A stretch of 64,000 nt of DNA from Eledone cirrhosa (lineage: Eukaryota): the NCBI GenBank assembly GCA_964016885.1, contig OZ024746.1, forward strand, positions 46,004,001 to 46,068,000, written 5' to 3'. Positions 50,246 to 63,930 of this stretch are shown here, one piece after another. Each line of letters opens with the position of its first letter. Positions within the stretch are counted from its first letter, which is position 1. The notes under the pieces are model-generated. The model searched no databases, was not told the origin of the DNA, and was given only the letters and a program-made list of their open reading frames with translations. The translations under genes and the position numbers were made by a program.

Positions 50246-50395
50246 CTTCAGCTGAAAGGCCATGGCTGGAGTAAGGGGTATTCCTTAAAATTATTTCCTG
50301 CATTATTATTGATAAACTGTACACATCACTTTTATCTAACCATCGTCCTTTCGAATGCATATTTCGAAGGACTTCTGGTGCAAACCAAAGCATAT
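50246..50395 (-). CDS. Receptor guanylyl cyclase exon B: kinase-homology domain, (D)MLWFAPEVLR...KSDVYSLSIIMQEIILRNTPY...SAE
   Basis: ttttacag acceptor, GTAAGT donor; 150 nt, phase 1 to 1, joins exon A in frame (G|AT=Asp). Contains the WxAPE and DVYS kinase subdomain VIII/IX motifs. Confidence 0.95.
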
Positions 50396-53300
50396 CTGTA
50401 AAAAAGAAAGATATTATTAACCTCAAGGTTACTTTTTGTTATATTAAAGTTAAAATATAATGTGATTCTTTTCAGAATGTGGTCAATATACAAGTAATTT
50501 AGACAATTCATAGAAGAGTATTTATTATGCTTGAAATCTTTCAAGTAATAATCATCAAAATGGATATGGGTTCAAGTTAGTATCTATGCGAGGGTAATTG
50601 TATATAGACCAGCAATATTAATGTTATAATATCCATTGTAAATTACTTTGAAAATTCTAAAACATAAATCATTGAAATTAATTTATTCAGGAAGGGCATC
50701 CATATGAAAACCTATAAATAAACTGACGTTTATAGTGTTCATACAGTAAGCATCAAAACTCAAACTACAAGTCATTATGCAGTAATGAAAAGCAGCAACA
50801 TCAGCTCAAAGACAAATGAAAGTTGAATCATATTACCAAATTCAGGAGACAACTATTGAAAGGTTTTTAGTTTTATTAGAACTCCTCAGCAAATATAGAA
50901 TTCACTGTAGTTGACAAGGTAATAAGGAGAGAATCACTATGGTGGCCTCAGTCTCCAGTCTCACTAGCTTTGTCAGCATTCTTTTGTTAGTGACATCCTG
51001 TCATGTCCTCACCAAAACAGTTCTCCAAATCACAATAGAACATACTGTGACCAGGGAATGTGAGACAGCCTACATGACTTGGAACCAGATTGACCTTTGC
51101 CCCTGCAGATGTCCCACAGCATCTCCTCTCTGTAGAAGTCAAGTCCCCACAAAGCAAATGGGACACCATCCAGTGTGACATGGCCCCAGACAGCTTTGTG
51201 CACCAGCTTCACCAGCACCATCTGGCATATTTTCACTTGTCCTCTCAACCCCACTGTTGGGCTTGGCTTAACTCCATATCCTTGCTAACAACCAGCACTC
51301 AGTGTAACAGTGACTGCATATCAATGTTTCCTCGAGGTCCAGAATTTGCGTCTGTGAGCCACACAAATGCTGCAGTGGATCCACTGTGGACACTTTTGGC
51401 CTTCACCCACAATGATGCCACTACAGTGCTGGCCAATTTTCACACTATCTCGCCTTCATAAAACATGGCTTGAGCACCATAAACCTCCCTTCCAAGCTTT
51501 AAGTGGTAGGCCTGCTAAATCAGGGGATGACAGAAGGTTAGACAGTATCAAGATCTCCCCTCATATGGGATACAATATATAGTAACACCTTCTCCAGTGG
51601 CAGCCTGATGTAACAAACCCAGGCTTTTTGCCCACTAAATCGAAGTTCCCAAGCTGTTGATGTATCAGCTACTGTCCGATAGTTTCGTCATTGAATCTGT
51701 AACAGTGGAGACGTCTGGTGTTCTTGATCCCTGGATTACCTCCCTACCCAATTCTATCAAGGCAGAGTTCGCTACTTGCATGAGTGAGTCCCACAAGATA
51801 GAATGGCTATTCCCATGAGCCTTCCTTGCCATTCTCTGGGGAAACACTTTATTTTGCTCACTGAGACCATGAGGTGGTTAGCACCTTGGGTCCTGCATAC
51901 CAGAGTGACACTCCCTATAACTGTATCATTGGGGGCAGTAATGTTTCAGCACACTTTTAGGACTTAATAAAGAGCTTAGTTACCACTAACTATCTTGACT
52001 ACCTCTAAATGGATGTATAATACTTAATATGAGTTAATGGGAAATATTAATGTGAAACTAACCCTTTGAAATAATGACATCTTTTCTTTACCACATGTGT
52101 ATTTCTAATTGCATATTTGTTACACAATACATGCAATATGTCATCACTGACTTTACGATCGTTTTTCACATTAGTGGCATTACTGAGTAATTAAGTGGGA
52201 GGATTTTTTTAAATATGTTAATTATATATATATATTTGTACAGTATTGTACATCTAATAAGAGATTCTTTCATTGATGCCTTAGCAAAGTACAATGAAAT
52301 AGGTGCTTTGCTGAGGGGGTCTAATATAATTTAAATATTCTTGGTGTCATCTCCAGTACTTGCCAAAAGGACGAAAATAATATTAGTAATTGAGTTGATT
52401 TTTCTTTGCAGCATAATTATTTCATATTAGAATTTTTATGCCATCTGCATTGAATATGTTAACACCAAATTATTTTAACTAGTTCTCAGATTGTAAAATT
52501 TAGTTGCAGTTGTTTAAATTAGCATAACTATATAACTTGCTTAAGCTGCCAGCAATTGGAGACATTGTTTTAAATATCTATGGAAACTAACTATATTTGC
52601 AATAAAGCATGTTTCTTTGATCAATAAGTAATATTCTTTGACCAAGAAGTGATATTCAATTAATATAATTATCATAATAATCAAGAACCTGGTGGTATTT
52701 AGTAATATAACTTTCTCATTAAAAGCTGGTGATTAAAGCATTAACAAAGGTTCTTACATAAAACATAAAATCGTGATGGACTGTTTTTAGATGAATATAT
52801 ATTTTTTTAAACAAACAGTATTATAGACACTGGGACAGTTTCAGGTAATTTAATAACAAAAGGGTTAAAGAACTAAAATATTTTTACATTATTTTGGTCA
52901 TACTTTTGATAAAAGAGAACTTTTCTTATGATGTATCTTGACTGCATTTGGTTGCAGGCATTTTCTTTTATTGGTTTGTTTCAGTATATATATATATATA
53001 TATAACTGAAATACATTAATTTAATCTTTTGTTTTAATGTTTTTTATTTTGAGAGTAGGAAGGATAAATTACTTTATATTCTGATAGATGTCAAAAACGT
53101 ATGACAATAAAAAGAAGCACTTATATTACTCATACGAAAGTGAGCTGACTTGAAAATATCTATCTAATGCATCCATGTATTACCTGTATGTTTTATACAC
53201 ATATACATGTGTACATCTGTGTATGTATATGGAGGTGCTTATATATTATATCTTACACATGTGTGTGTGTGTATGTGGGGTAATATCAGAGCATCTTCAG

Positions 53301-54654
53301 TTTGAGGTCACTGTGGTAGTATATCAGATGGCATTGACATCTTCATAAAAAATTTACATGTTATAATTGTTAAAAGCAAGTAAAAAGTCCTGGAAACATC
53401 ACTGAATGTGGCATAGAATGTGTTTGCTATGAACTGACTCCATGACTTTTGAGAAAATAAACAAACAGCCAATAGCCTAGGTTAAAGATTAATGAAAATG
53501 TTTGCAAATGAACCTCTTTCCCTTTTTCTCTTTCCCTCTTTTACTCTTATGTGCAGGTACACAAACACATGCACCTATATTGTAGGGTGTGTGGATCTTT
53601 ATCATAAATTAGGCTTGCCATATAGAATATATGGACATAGATTAATTTAAGCAAACCTATAAGCTGACCCAAATGTCAAACAACTCTCATAGCCAGCAAA
53701 ATGAGGTGCAAAGAATATAAATGCTGTTGCAACCAGTGCCATCAGGCTACATGGAAAGGGTCTTCTTAATGTGTTCTTCTGGAAAAACTACTTCATTACC
53801 AGCATGGCATTAGCCTTGTTGTGAGAAACAGTCTGCTGTCTAAACTGACTAAGACACAGGTTATCATTAATGAGTGGCTAAAGTATCTCCATATTTCCCT
53901 TGCAAAGAACCTCTATATCACATTTCTAAGTACTCATGCATCAACTCAGCAATCTAATAGTCAGAAAAAAAATGGCATCTATCTGATATTAAATGGGCAT
54001 TGACTAAAATCTTTATAATAAGGAACCAGAAACCACGGCCTCACCATTACCAACACCATTTTTCATAAGAAGAATAAATACAAGGCCATGTCTATGCACC
54101 CTAGCTCCAAACAATGGCATCTTACTAACTAAATCTTGGTCAGGTGGGCAGACTTCAAAGATGCTATGTTCACCCCTGAATTTAGAGGAGCTAGGTGTTG
54201 AACAAATCATTGGATGAGTCAGAAAAGGTCAGCTTACAGTTGTGTTCCGCAAGATCACCAAACATCAAGATCGATTGTTACAAGTTTGTCATTTTTAACA
54301 TTTGTGACAACTTTTGTCACTGTCAAACTTAAAGCTTCAGAGGCACTGATCATCTTGGAGGCTAGTATGGATGACATAGTCAAGCAGAACTCTAGCAGAA
54401 TTTGCAAGCTCTTTAGCAACATTCATTAAACTACCAAACAACTCCAGCTGAACCTTCATCATAAACTCTAAAACAGCAGGGACAAGCTTTTTTGGAGGAA
54501 GGGTCTGAGTCCACCCATCTTACCCATTTATACATGTGTTTCTTTGTGTTTGTGTGTATTTATGTGTGCATGAATTTGTATATTATGTAGTTCTAAAGAT
54601 ATTGATTTTTGATTATAAGAGAGTGAAGAGAAAATTCTTAAAAACAGTGTTTAC

Positions 54655-54811
54655 CTTCTGCTGTGAGATTCCTGTCAACCTTGCCACCTTCTAGCATGCC
54701 GGGGATACCATAATCTGTGATCTTTAGTACCCACCGACTATCAATAACACAGTTTCGAGACTTCAGATTGCCATGATACTTCAGTGGACAGTTTTGAATG
54801 TAACGTAGGCC
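54655..54811 (-). CDS. Receptor guanylyl cyclase exon A (first in window): kinase-homology domain, GLRYIQNCPLKYHGNLKSRNCVIDSRWVLKITDYG...LTAE
   Basis: ttttccag acceptor and GTAAAC donor; 157 nt, phase 0 to 1. HGNLKSxNCxxDxRWVLKITDYG is the receptor-GC pseudokinase signature, with HRD replaced by HGN. Confidence 0.95.
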
Positions 54812-54930
54812 CTGGAAAACAGATGACATTTCATTCAGTTTTCTTCTACCATGTTAATAACACATTGACATTTATTTACAGCACACACACAAACATACAT
54901 ATATATATATATATATATATGTATATAATA

Positions 54931-55401
54931 TCTATATTATAAAGCTGACGGCCGTATGCATGTAACAAACTTTTCGCCAAACGATTGAATCAAACAGCAC
55001 CAAATTTTCACCATAGATGTAACTTTTTCCAAGTAAGAAAGTGAGGGTATTTTTGTCTTCTAAATTTCGTTAAAAGATTAAAGATATTTTATCGTTTATT
55101 TAAATATTCACTTCTTTAAAATTTTCAAATGTCAACACTTCCGGTTATATGACATTCCCCCTCTTTCTTAGTCTGTCTTTTTAGATAGATACATAGCTAT
55201 AACGTTGCATGATTAAAATATCTGTCTGTCTTCACGAACCAAAGTATCGTTTTCTTGTTTTCCTTCGGTTGCAACGTTTTTCGAAATATTTACTTCTGCG
55301 TTCACAGATTGATTTTTCTGGTTTCACAAGATCCCGTTAAGGGTGAAAGCAGCGATTGTTTTCTTAAACTTTTGCTGTTGTTGTTGTTGTTGCTGCTGCA
55401 G

Positions 55402-55463
<62 letters not shown>

Positions 55464-55725
55464 GGTGGTGGTGGTGGTGGTGGTGGTGGTATTTCCATTG
55501 TTCTCTGTTCAGCCTTTATTGTTGTAATTATCAATTTTCTTTAACATACTGGCTGCTGAACTGGGGAATCCTAAAAACTATTCAAACCCGACATCAGAGC
55601 ACGTTACCCACCACACCCCCACCCTCGCCGACTTGAGAGGGCGTGCAGTATCTTTGCACTGGAGTGGGGGGGGGGGGGTCCTGAAAAATAAACTGCCACT
55701 ATACCTAGCCAGGCGGGCCAGCTAG
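54931..55725 (+). mobile_element. Non-autonomous Helitron-type element with internal (GTT)n(GGT)n
   Basis: A|TC start (tctatattataaag), GC-rich subterminal segment, CTAG|T end. The subterminal hairpin is degenerate. Confidence 0.62.
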
Positions 55726-56819
55726 TATAATATATATATCATATATATATATATATATAAATCTTAATACAAGAAATATGTGATATTTATAATCATTATT
55801 GTTATCCTTGTCACCACCACCTACACCACCATCGTCAACTTACACCACTACCACTACCATCCACGCACCACAAACACAAACATCTTCATCAGTCACGATC
55901 ATCATTATCATCATCATCATTGCCATCATTATCATTGTTACCATCAGCACCAGATATAAACCTCTCGACATCATCATTATGCATTTTAAGTTGAAGTTGT
56001 TGATCAGAAACAATAGTTGTTGTTGATTGTTGGATCAGTGAATGCAACAGACATCAACATTTCGACTGTCACTTGGAATGGCTTCATTCTTTATTTACTG
56101 CAATAAATCACTTAGATAAATTAAGAATGTCTACCAACAAGTTGATCATCTTACTCAATTGTGAATGATTCTTTGATAAATATTCTGTGAGATTTAATAT
56201 ATTGATTTCAAAGCTAGGAAACTACTATTTCTTATATAGATATTGACGCACAATATAGCTGACATTGGTAATAACACTAGAAGCTAGAAGCTAATCTAGA
56301 ATCTAGTATATGCCCAACATTTAATCATAATATTGACCACTTATACATTTCTCTTTTTCTTTATCTTTTATCAATAATCTGACGTATATCAGCCAAAATC
56401 TCGCAAATGATTAGTTAATCAGTTGTCTGAAAGAATAAGTTGTATGACATAAATTCCAAATCAGTCCCGCACATATTTCAATACTTTTTGTTTGAATAGA
56501 GTCAGAGACAAAAATAATGGAATCTATTATGACACACTGAGAGAAGTTAAAAGGCTGTATTACTCTAAATTAATAGCCGTCATGTAAGGCAGCTGTGCTA
56601 AATGTGTTTTTGACTGTTCTCTAATCCAATCAAGAAATCTTCAGGAGAATACGTATTAGGAACATTGAAATAATAATCATATTTATTAGTCAAATGGTTT
56701 GCTTATTCTGAGTAGAGTAGCAATAAACGATTTTATTCTACTCTGTCATTGCATATCAGTGTTATGTTTAAAAAAAAGTTATATTGTACTTAATCATACT
56801 ATGCACATATGTAAATACT

Positions 56820-57217
<398 letters not shown>

Positions 57218-57219
<2 letters not shown>

Positions 57220-57515
57220 GATTGCTGCCCCCTCGTTATCGAGTATGGCCATTGCACGATATACCATTATCAATAATTAGTAATAAATTCTATCGTGCAA
57301 TGCCTGTGCGTGAAGATGTTTATTAAAGTGAGGAAAGACTGTGCACTGAGCCAATCCCACTCTCTGAGAGACAGTAGCTATAACCCGAAAAGAAGCAAAG
57401 ATCAACATCATCGGTAACTACTGAGCCGCAGGTTTTATATCGGAGTTATCCCAGTTTCCTGAGTTGCCTTCTCCTAGAAGAATGCCCTGACAAAGGCTAG
57501 GGGTCCTTCACTCCC
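57218..57515 (-). mobile_element. Shorter relative of the bipartite RTE-derived element
   Basis: Minus strand has cccctagcc..tgtca.ggca..ttctaggagaagg, gatgatgttga.., cacaggcattgc and the 3' terminus tggccatactcgataacgag..gcagc, but lacks the zinc-finger segment. Confidence 0.6.
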
Positions 57516-57557
<42 letters not shown>

Positions 57558-57558
<1 letters not shown>

Positions 57559-57914
57559 TAAAATATTAAAAAAATAATGAATAAAACAATGAAACAGTTC
57601 CTTATATTAAACAAAAAAAGTTCATTATTTAACGATCGTTTCTAGGATATATATGTGTTAGAATTGGCATGCATATTCAACAGATCTATGTACAAAATTA
57701 TACAAAATTATACAAACTATCAAAATTAAATATACATAATTTTTAATTTTGATAGTTTGTATAATTTTGTATAATTTTGTACATAGATCTGTTGAATATG
57801 CATGCCAATTCTAACACATATATATCCTAGAAACGATCGTTAAATAATGAACTTTTTTTGTTTAATATAAGGAACTGTTTCATTGTTTTATTCATTATTT
57901 TTTTAATATTTTAT
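57558..57914. repeat. Fold-back inverted repeat, 173-bp arms, 11-nt spacer
   Basis: 57558-57730 is the reverse complement of 57742-57914 with no mismatch seen. Confidence 0.92.
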
Positions 57915-58193
57915 CTTGACTCTGTATTCCGTTTATCTTTCACCGAAAGTGATTTTTCATTGCATCTCTTCTTTCCATGATATCCGGATTACATTGAGTT
58001 CTTCATACGGATTGGACACTACCGTAAACTCTTGGTAGATTTATCTACATATATATATACATATAAATATATACATAAATATATATATATACATATAAAT
58101 ATATATATATACATATAAATATATATATATGTATATGTATGTATGCATATATATATATATACATATAAATATATATATATATATATGTATATT

Positions 58194-58241
<48 letters not shown>

Positions 58242-58679
58242 TATATATATATACATATATATATATATGTATATGTAAGTATATATATATATATACTTAC
58301 ATATACACCGCCCCTTTCAATGTAAAGTTATGTTGGTGCCACAACATCCAGGCCGAAACAATTGAGATCGTGTAGGTGTCACGACAAAAAACACACAGTC
58401 CACGCTGTAATGTGGCCGTGTAGGCAACACGGTAAAAACCTCCCAGCCCCACACTGTAAATGTGGTTGGTGTTAGGAAGGGCATCCAACTGTAGAAAACC
58501 TGCCAGACAGTCCTATGCGAGCAAGACAATCACTCTTGCCTCAAGTGGGAAAACCCTCGTCCAAACCCAAGCAAGCGTGGAACACGGACGTTAAACGTTG
58601 ATGATGATGATATATATATATATTTCGTTTCTGAATTTGTTTAGCAAGATTCTTTATCTGAAAACGTGTGTTGAAACCG

Positions 58680-58732
58680 ATATCGTTATACTTTGGGAGG
58701 GTCATGTTGCCAACATGACCCTCCCAAAGTAT

Positions 58733-58740
<8 letters not shown>
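58680..58740. repeat. 30-bp-arm hairpin, 1-nt spacer
   Basis: atatcgttatactttgggagggtcatgttg-c-caacatgaccctcccaaagtataacaatat. Confidence 0.9.
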
Positions 58741-58764
<24 letters not shown>

Positions 58765-59099
58765 GGGATAACAAGTTATCGTTTTAGGTAATCCAGTTAG
58801 AGGTTGTGAGTACTCTGTACTATGGATAGTGTTAACTAACGGCGTTGTTTGACTCAACAAGAGGTTTCCTTAGTTAGGTAGCGAGTTTGCGAGAATTCAA
58901 ATGCAGGTCATTCTTGGAGTAATAATAATGAAAGAGTGAAGAATAACATGGTTGGCTGTACAAAAAGGGTTTTATTTATAGTATTAACAATTGTTTCATT
59001 GATCAGGTGAGTCTAAAGGCCGATAATCACTTGAAATTGCGTCACTCGACCTTAAATACAGTGTGTGTCTCTGATCAAATCATGATCAAATATATATAT

Positions 59100-60035
59100 G
59101 AATGTCTGAGTATTTGTTTTCGGATCAATGATGCTAAATTGAAATTCAGTGTGGGAGTTGGACTCCACCAATGGTGCATACTGTCACCTCTCCTGTTCAT
59201 TATTTACATGAACTGGATTTACATGTGCAACCGGGTTGGTATCATGACTTGTAGGTGTAAAAACAGTCGGCTGAAATTTGCAGACAACATGGTGTTACTT
59301 AACTTGACAGAAGATGATCTTTGACTTGCACTAGTTAGGTTTGGTGCCGAGTGCTGCAGTGCTGCGAAAACTGAAATACTTTTCCTCTGAAGGAAGTCTG
59401 TGCAGTGCTCTCTACATGTGAATGGAGTTCCACTGAAGCAGGTACAGAAGTTTGAATATCTTGGGGCAGTGTTCATGAGTGATGGAAGCCAGGAGGCTGA
59501 ATTAAGTGAAAGAATTGCAAAAGATGGTGCAGTTATGTGCCAGCTTCAGCATTCAGTAATCAGAAGAAGGGAGGTAGGCTCAATTTGGTATTTGTACCAA
59601 CCCTTACCTATGGTCATGAATCTTGGGTAATGATCAAAATAATCTGATCACAAATACAAGCAGCCGAAATGGGATTCCTCCGAAGGGTTTTGGAGTAACA
59701 TTACTGAATAAAGTGCGAAACTCAGAGATCAGAGAGTCACTCCAGGTAGAGCTGTTACTTCTCCAAATTAAGACATCACAGCTCTGGTACTATGGGATGT
59801 CTTAGGAAAGAATTGCTGGACAGATTTTAAGGGCAAAACCAACTGGCAAGAGGCCCACGGGTAGACCTTGTACAAGATGGTTGGATAACATCCAGGAGCT
59901 TAGTTAGTGATGCTTAGGAATCCAGCTGGATTGGTTGGAGACAGTTGCTTCTGACAGGACCAGCTGGAAGGAGGGTTTAAGGACTCTGCCCCCCTCCCCG
60001 CCCCTCTCAGGAATAAGTGAGTGAAGAAGAAGAGA
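59100..60035 (+). mobile_element. Decayed 5'-truncated RTE-type LINE (second family, (GAA)n tail)
   Basis: GVGLHQWCILSPLLFIIYM, FADNMVL, LKQVQKFEYLG and KRPTGRPCTRWLD motifs with stops and frameshifts. Confidence 0.8.
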
Positions 60036-60957
60036 AGATATCCTTGTTAAATCTCCATCTAATGCCTTCTCTGTTATTCTCTTATTTTTTGTATATAATG
60101 GCAAACCTTCTGGTAAATGTAGCTGACATGCTTTTTAATCAGAATGCTAGTGTGTAGCAGTTGCTTTTTCCTGAATATATGATTAAGCAGATCCACGAAA
60201 GAAAATTGGTGATATTTGTTTATGTCCGATAAAAACAGAAATCCATAGTTCTCTGGTTGGGTGTGAAAGTTCCATGCCTTAGTTTAAGGATAAAAAGAAA
60301 AAAAAAACAAGTGTAGTTTGGTATCAGAAAAAGCTGTCTCACCATAGAAAAATGTGGACATAAAATATGATAATGATGTTGATTCTATTGTCTATGACCC
60401 TGTTGGTCTAGGATATCTTCAGTGTATTCATATTAATATATTAGAACCAATAACTAGAAATATTAATGAAGGAAAAATGTAATTTATTCCACATCAAATA
60501 TTTGCTTCTGTATACAATATGAAGAGAAGAATTTCCTTAAACTAGAGTAGGATTCAAGAATTTAAACTCATAAAAAGAAAAGAAAATTGTGAAAATTAAA
60601 ATACTTATTTGTATAATTATTTGATGGGTAAGAGAGTATATGAGGCTATTTGAATAATGCTATAATTAAATTTATGTCATTGAAACAATTATTTTGGAAT
60701 ATGAAGGCAAATATGAGCTTTACTTATTCCTCTTTCTCTCGTAATTTCGTATATTGTCAACAGAAGCAGCAACTGGCTCATGATATTTACTGTAATAAAT
60801 GTATAAATTCCATATATGTGTTTTCAATCTTTTATCTCTTTGTCTGTCACTCACCAATTGCTATTTATTTCCCTTTCCATTTCTTTATCTCCAGATATTC
60901 AGCTCACTTTTTGATTCTACACATCTAATTTTCTTCCTCCATATATTTCTATCTAGC

Positions 60958-61542
60958 TTGGCAGTGTCGGTAGAGGGTCGGACGCCATGCTTTGATGCAT
61001 AGAGTCCTTGCCATTCTGAGTTCAAATTCCACCGAGGTTAACTTTGCCTTTCATCCTTACAGGGTCGATAAAATAAAGTACCAGTAATGCACTGGTGTAT
61101 TTGCTGGCCTTGTGCCAAACGTAGAAACAATTATTTATTTGGTGATGGACGGGTAAGGTGCCGGACAACATGCTGTGTAGCATAGAGTTACGGCCCTTTA
61201 CGTTCTGAGGTTAACTTTGCTTTTCATCCTTATGGGTCGATAAAATAAAGTACCAGTAATGCACTGGCATTGATTTAATCAACTTTCCCCTCCCCCTAAA
61301 TTTTTGGCCTTGTGGCTATAGTAGAAATCATTATTTATTTGGCAGTATTGATGGAGCGTCAGACAAAATGCTTTATGGCATAGAGTTATGGCCCTTTACT
61401 ATTTGAGTTCAAATCCTGCAGAGTTTAGCTTTGCCTTTCATCCTTACTGTGTCGATAAAATAAAATGTCAGTAATGCACTGGGGTTAATTTAATCAACTT
61501 TCTCCTCCTCCAAACTTGTGCATAAAGTAGAAACAATTATTT
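60958..61542 (+). mobile_element. Head-to-tail trimer of Meta-domain-like SINE
   Basis: Three units, each ending gtagaaa(c/t)(a/c)attatttat, at ~61140, ~61340 and ~61542. Confidence 0.8.
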
Positions 61543-62089
61543 ATCTTCCTCCAACAATATTTTATTGTCTTTTGAATAGATGTGGCTTAATACTTTTCTC
61601 AGTTACTCCTGTGCAATGAGTAAATAACATTTTCTAGTTTAGGCACAAATCAAGCAATTTGCAGACAGAGGGAAGTTGATTACATTGACCCAGTATTTTA
61701 CTGGTACTTATTTTATCGACCCCAAAATGATGAAAGGAAAAGTTACCTTGGCATAACAAACTCAGAATTTAAAGAACTGTAACTAAATGTGACAAAGCAT
61801 TTTGTCTGATGCTTTACCAATATTGCCAATCTCCAGCTCTAAAAACTGAGTTAATAATGTTTTGTATGCTATAGCAGAACAAATAATTTTTCTTTTTTTA
61901 ATCAAGCATATTCAATATACAAAATCCCAAATAAAAACCCATTGACATTATATAAAACACACTATTAAAAGGAACAAAAAGAGAAAGAAACAAAAAAAAC
62001 AAGAAATGAAAAGATGAAAAAGAAAAAAAGATCAAGCAACAAAAGAAAGGGAGAGGGATAGACATGATACCTCAGTCTAAGTGATGCCT

Positions 62090-62400
62090 CAGCCATGCCC
62101 CACAGACAGAATGGAAAAGGCACTACGGAGAATGGCCAGAGACCCTCTCTGCAACAGCCACCCCACCTCACAGAACTCCCTCCTCGATGTGGGCCATTGT
62201 CATTCCGACTTTATGGAGGAAATCAGCAGTGTGGGGACCAAGGACGCGAGAGGTCTCAATGGAGACTGGTGCAAAGAGGAAGTGATCAATCAGGCCCCAG
62301 TATTTGACTATCTTCCTCTCCTCTGCATTGTGGGCAGCCAAGCCTGTGTGTGTGCCCAAATTGACGAGGCTGGTGGCATAGAATGAGTTGCTGCACGTTG
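62090..62400 (-). mobile_element. Second CRE-clade endonuclease fragment
   Basis: AAHNAEERKIVKY..FAPVSIETSRVLGP..WLLQRGSLAILR..AFSIL is homologous to the 39085-39545 fragment. Confidence 0.7.
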
Positions 62401-63722
62401 CTGTATTTAGAGAAAATGTTTAGTAAAATGTTTGAATAGAAATAAAATTTGACTAAACTTTAGTTATAATACCAAAATTTGGAGAAATGATACAAATAGG
62501 GCAAACTAAAATTATATACATTCTATTTATTTATTCTATCAAAGCATACAAATATCAAACTTGACAATAAGATATTTATAGTAATTGCGTAACTTATTTT
62601 ATTTATATCATTCCTTTGTCAATCTATTTCACCTTAAGGAATAACTAAGGCCATTTTTAGAAGAGAAAATATTGAAGAGAAAGGTAGAGGGGAGTGTAAG
62701 AGATAGATGAGGTTAGAGGAAATAGAATTTAATATAGCTAACATTAAAACAAATTTAGGCAGAATATATTAAAAAGATAATTTAATGAAGGACATTTTCT
62801 TAAAATTTGATTAAAATCAAAGAGAGAATTCAAAATAGAATAACCAGATTTTAAAATAGAATTAATAGAATTAAATAGAGAACAAATAATTTCTATTTAA
62901 AAGCAGAGAGTTATAAAACTGTTAACTTCTTACACAACTACCCACAAAAAAAATTAAGGAAATTTCACTTTGTTTAGAAGGAGAAAATAAAATTAGGTTT
63001 TTAATCTCAAATTACATCATGCAACTTGATTGAACAACTGAATACACAACTCAGCATTGCAACAAATAAAGATTCATTTACCTTACATCATGCTTCACTG
63101 ATTTACAAATAATAAGAATAATAATTCATCATCATCATCATCATTTAATGCCTATTTTCTATGCTTGCATGGATTAGACAGTTACATTACGAGGTTAGGC
63201 AAGTCAGGTGACAATGTCTTGCTCACATATCCTGTTTTTTATTTGGTTTTCTAAGACTGGATGCCCTTCCTAACACCAATCACTTTACAACATATACTGG
63301 AAGCTATTTTCGTAGAACCAATAGGACTACCTCACAGTATGGACTGGGTGCATTTTGTTGTGGCACCAGTAGCAATAAGGTGCTTGCAACAGCAATATGA
63401 TTTCATTCCATGAGATAATTCTTTAATGTCAAAATTTGACAATATTATTATACTAAATTTTATGAATGTAAATTAATTTAAACATTTACATGATGAAATA
63501 AAAAGTGAACTGATGAAATAAAAAGTGGGAGGTTCAATTGAAAACTATCAAGAATTTAACCCTTTAGGCTTTAATACTTTCAATACCAAATCATCTGAAA
63601 CTGCCTCTGGTTCTATGATACAAAACTGTTTTAGTTTTAAAGGAGTTATAATTATCTTAAATCTTTCTATTGTAATGCTGTATAAGTTCCTTTGGTTCAT
63701 TATGTTCCAAACACTAGCTTAA

Positions 63723-63930
63723 CCCTTTAGCATTTACATTACTCTATATATACTAGTACATGTTCATTGTAAAGGCTTTATCTCACATAATATCAAATCT
63801 ATGAGATTTTGATATTATTTATTTTGAGAACAATACCTTAACATCAGTATGAGCAGCTGGTTACAGCCGGTTTGAACAGAAAGAGATGAGAGAATTCTGG
63901 CCAGATACAGCTGGTTTAAATGCTAAAGGG
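63723..63930. mobile_element. piggyBac-type MITE
   Basis: TTAA on both sides; perfect 14-bp TIR ccctttagcattta. Related partial copies at ~4108-4260 and ~18896-19045. Confidence 0.8.

Noticed and set aside
50939-51900. GC-richer block with several overlapping short ORFs
   Set aside because: Probably a decayed retroelement, but I could not identify a diagnostic motif or splice-compatible exon.
55255-55636. Poly-Leu/Val and poly-Cys/Trp ORFs
   Set aside because: Translations of a (GTT)n(GGT)n trinucleotide repeat.
63075-63115. Candidate upstream guanylyl cyclase exon ending at AAG|GTAAAT on the minus strand
   Set aside because: The required phase-0 frame has TGA two codons before the last codon and no kinase-like sequence; the previous exon is probably outside the window.
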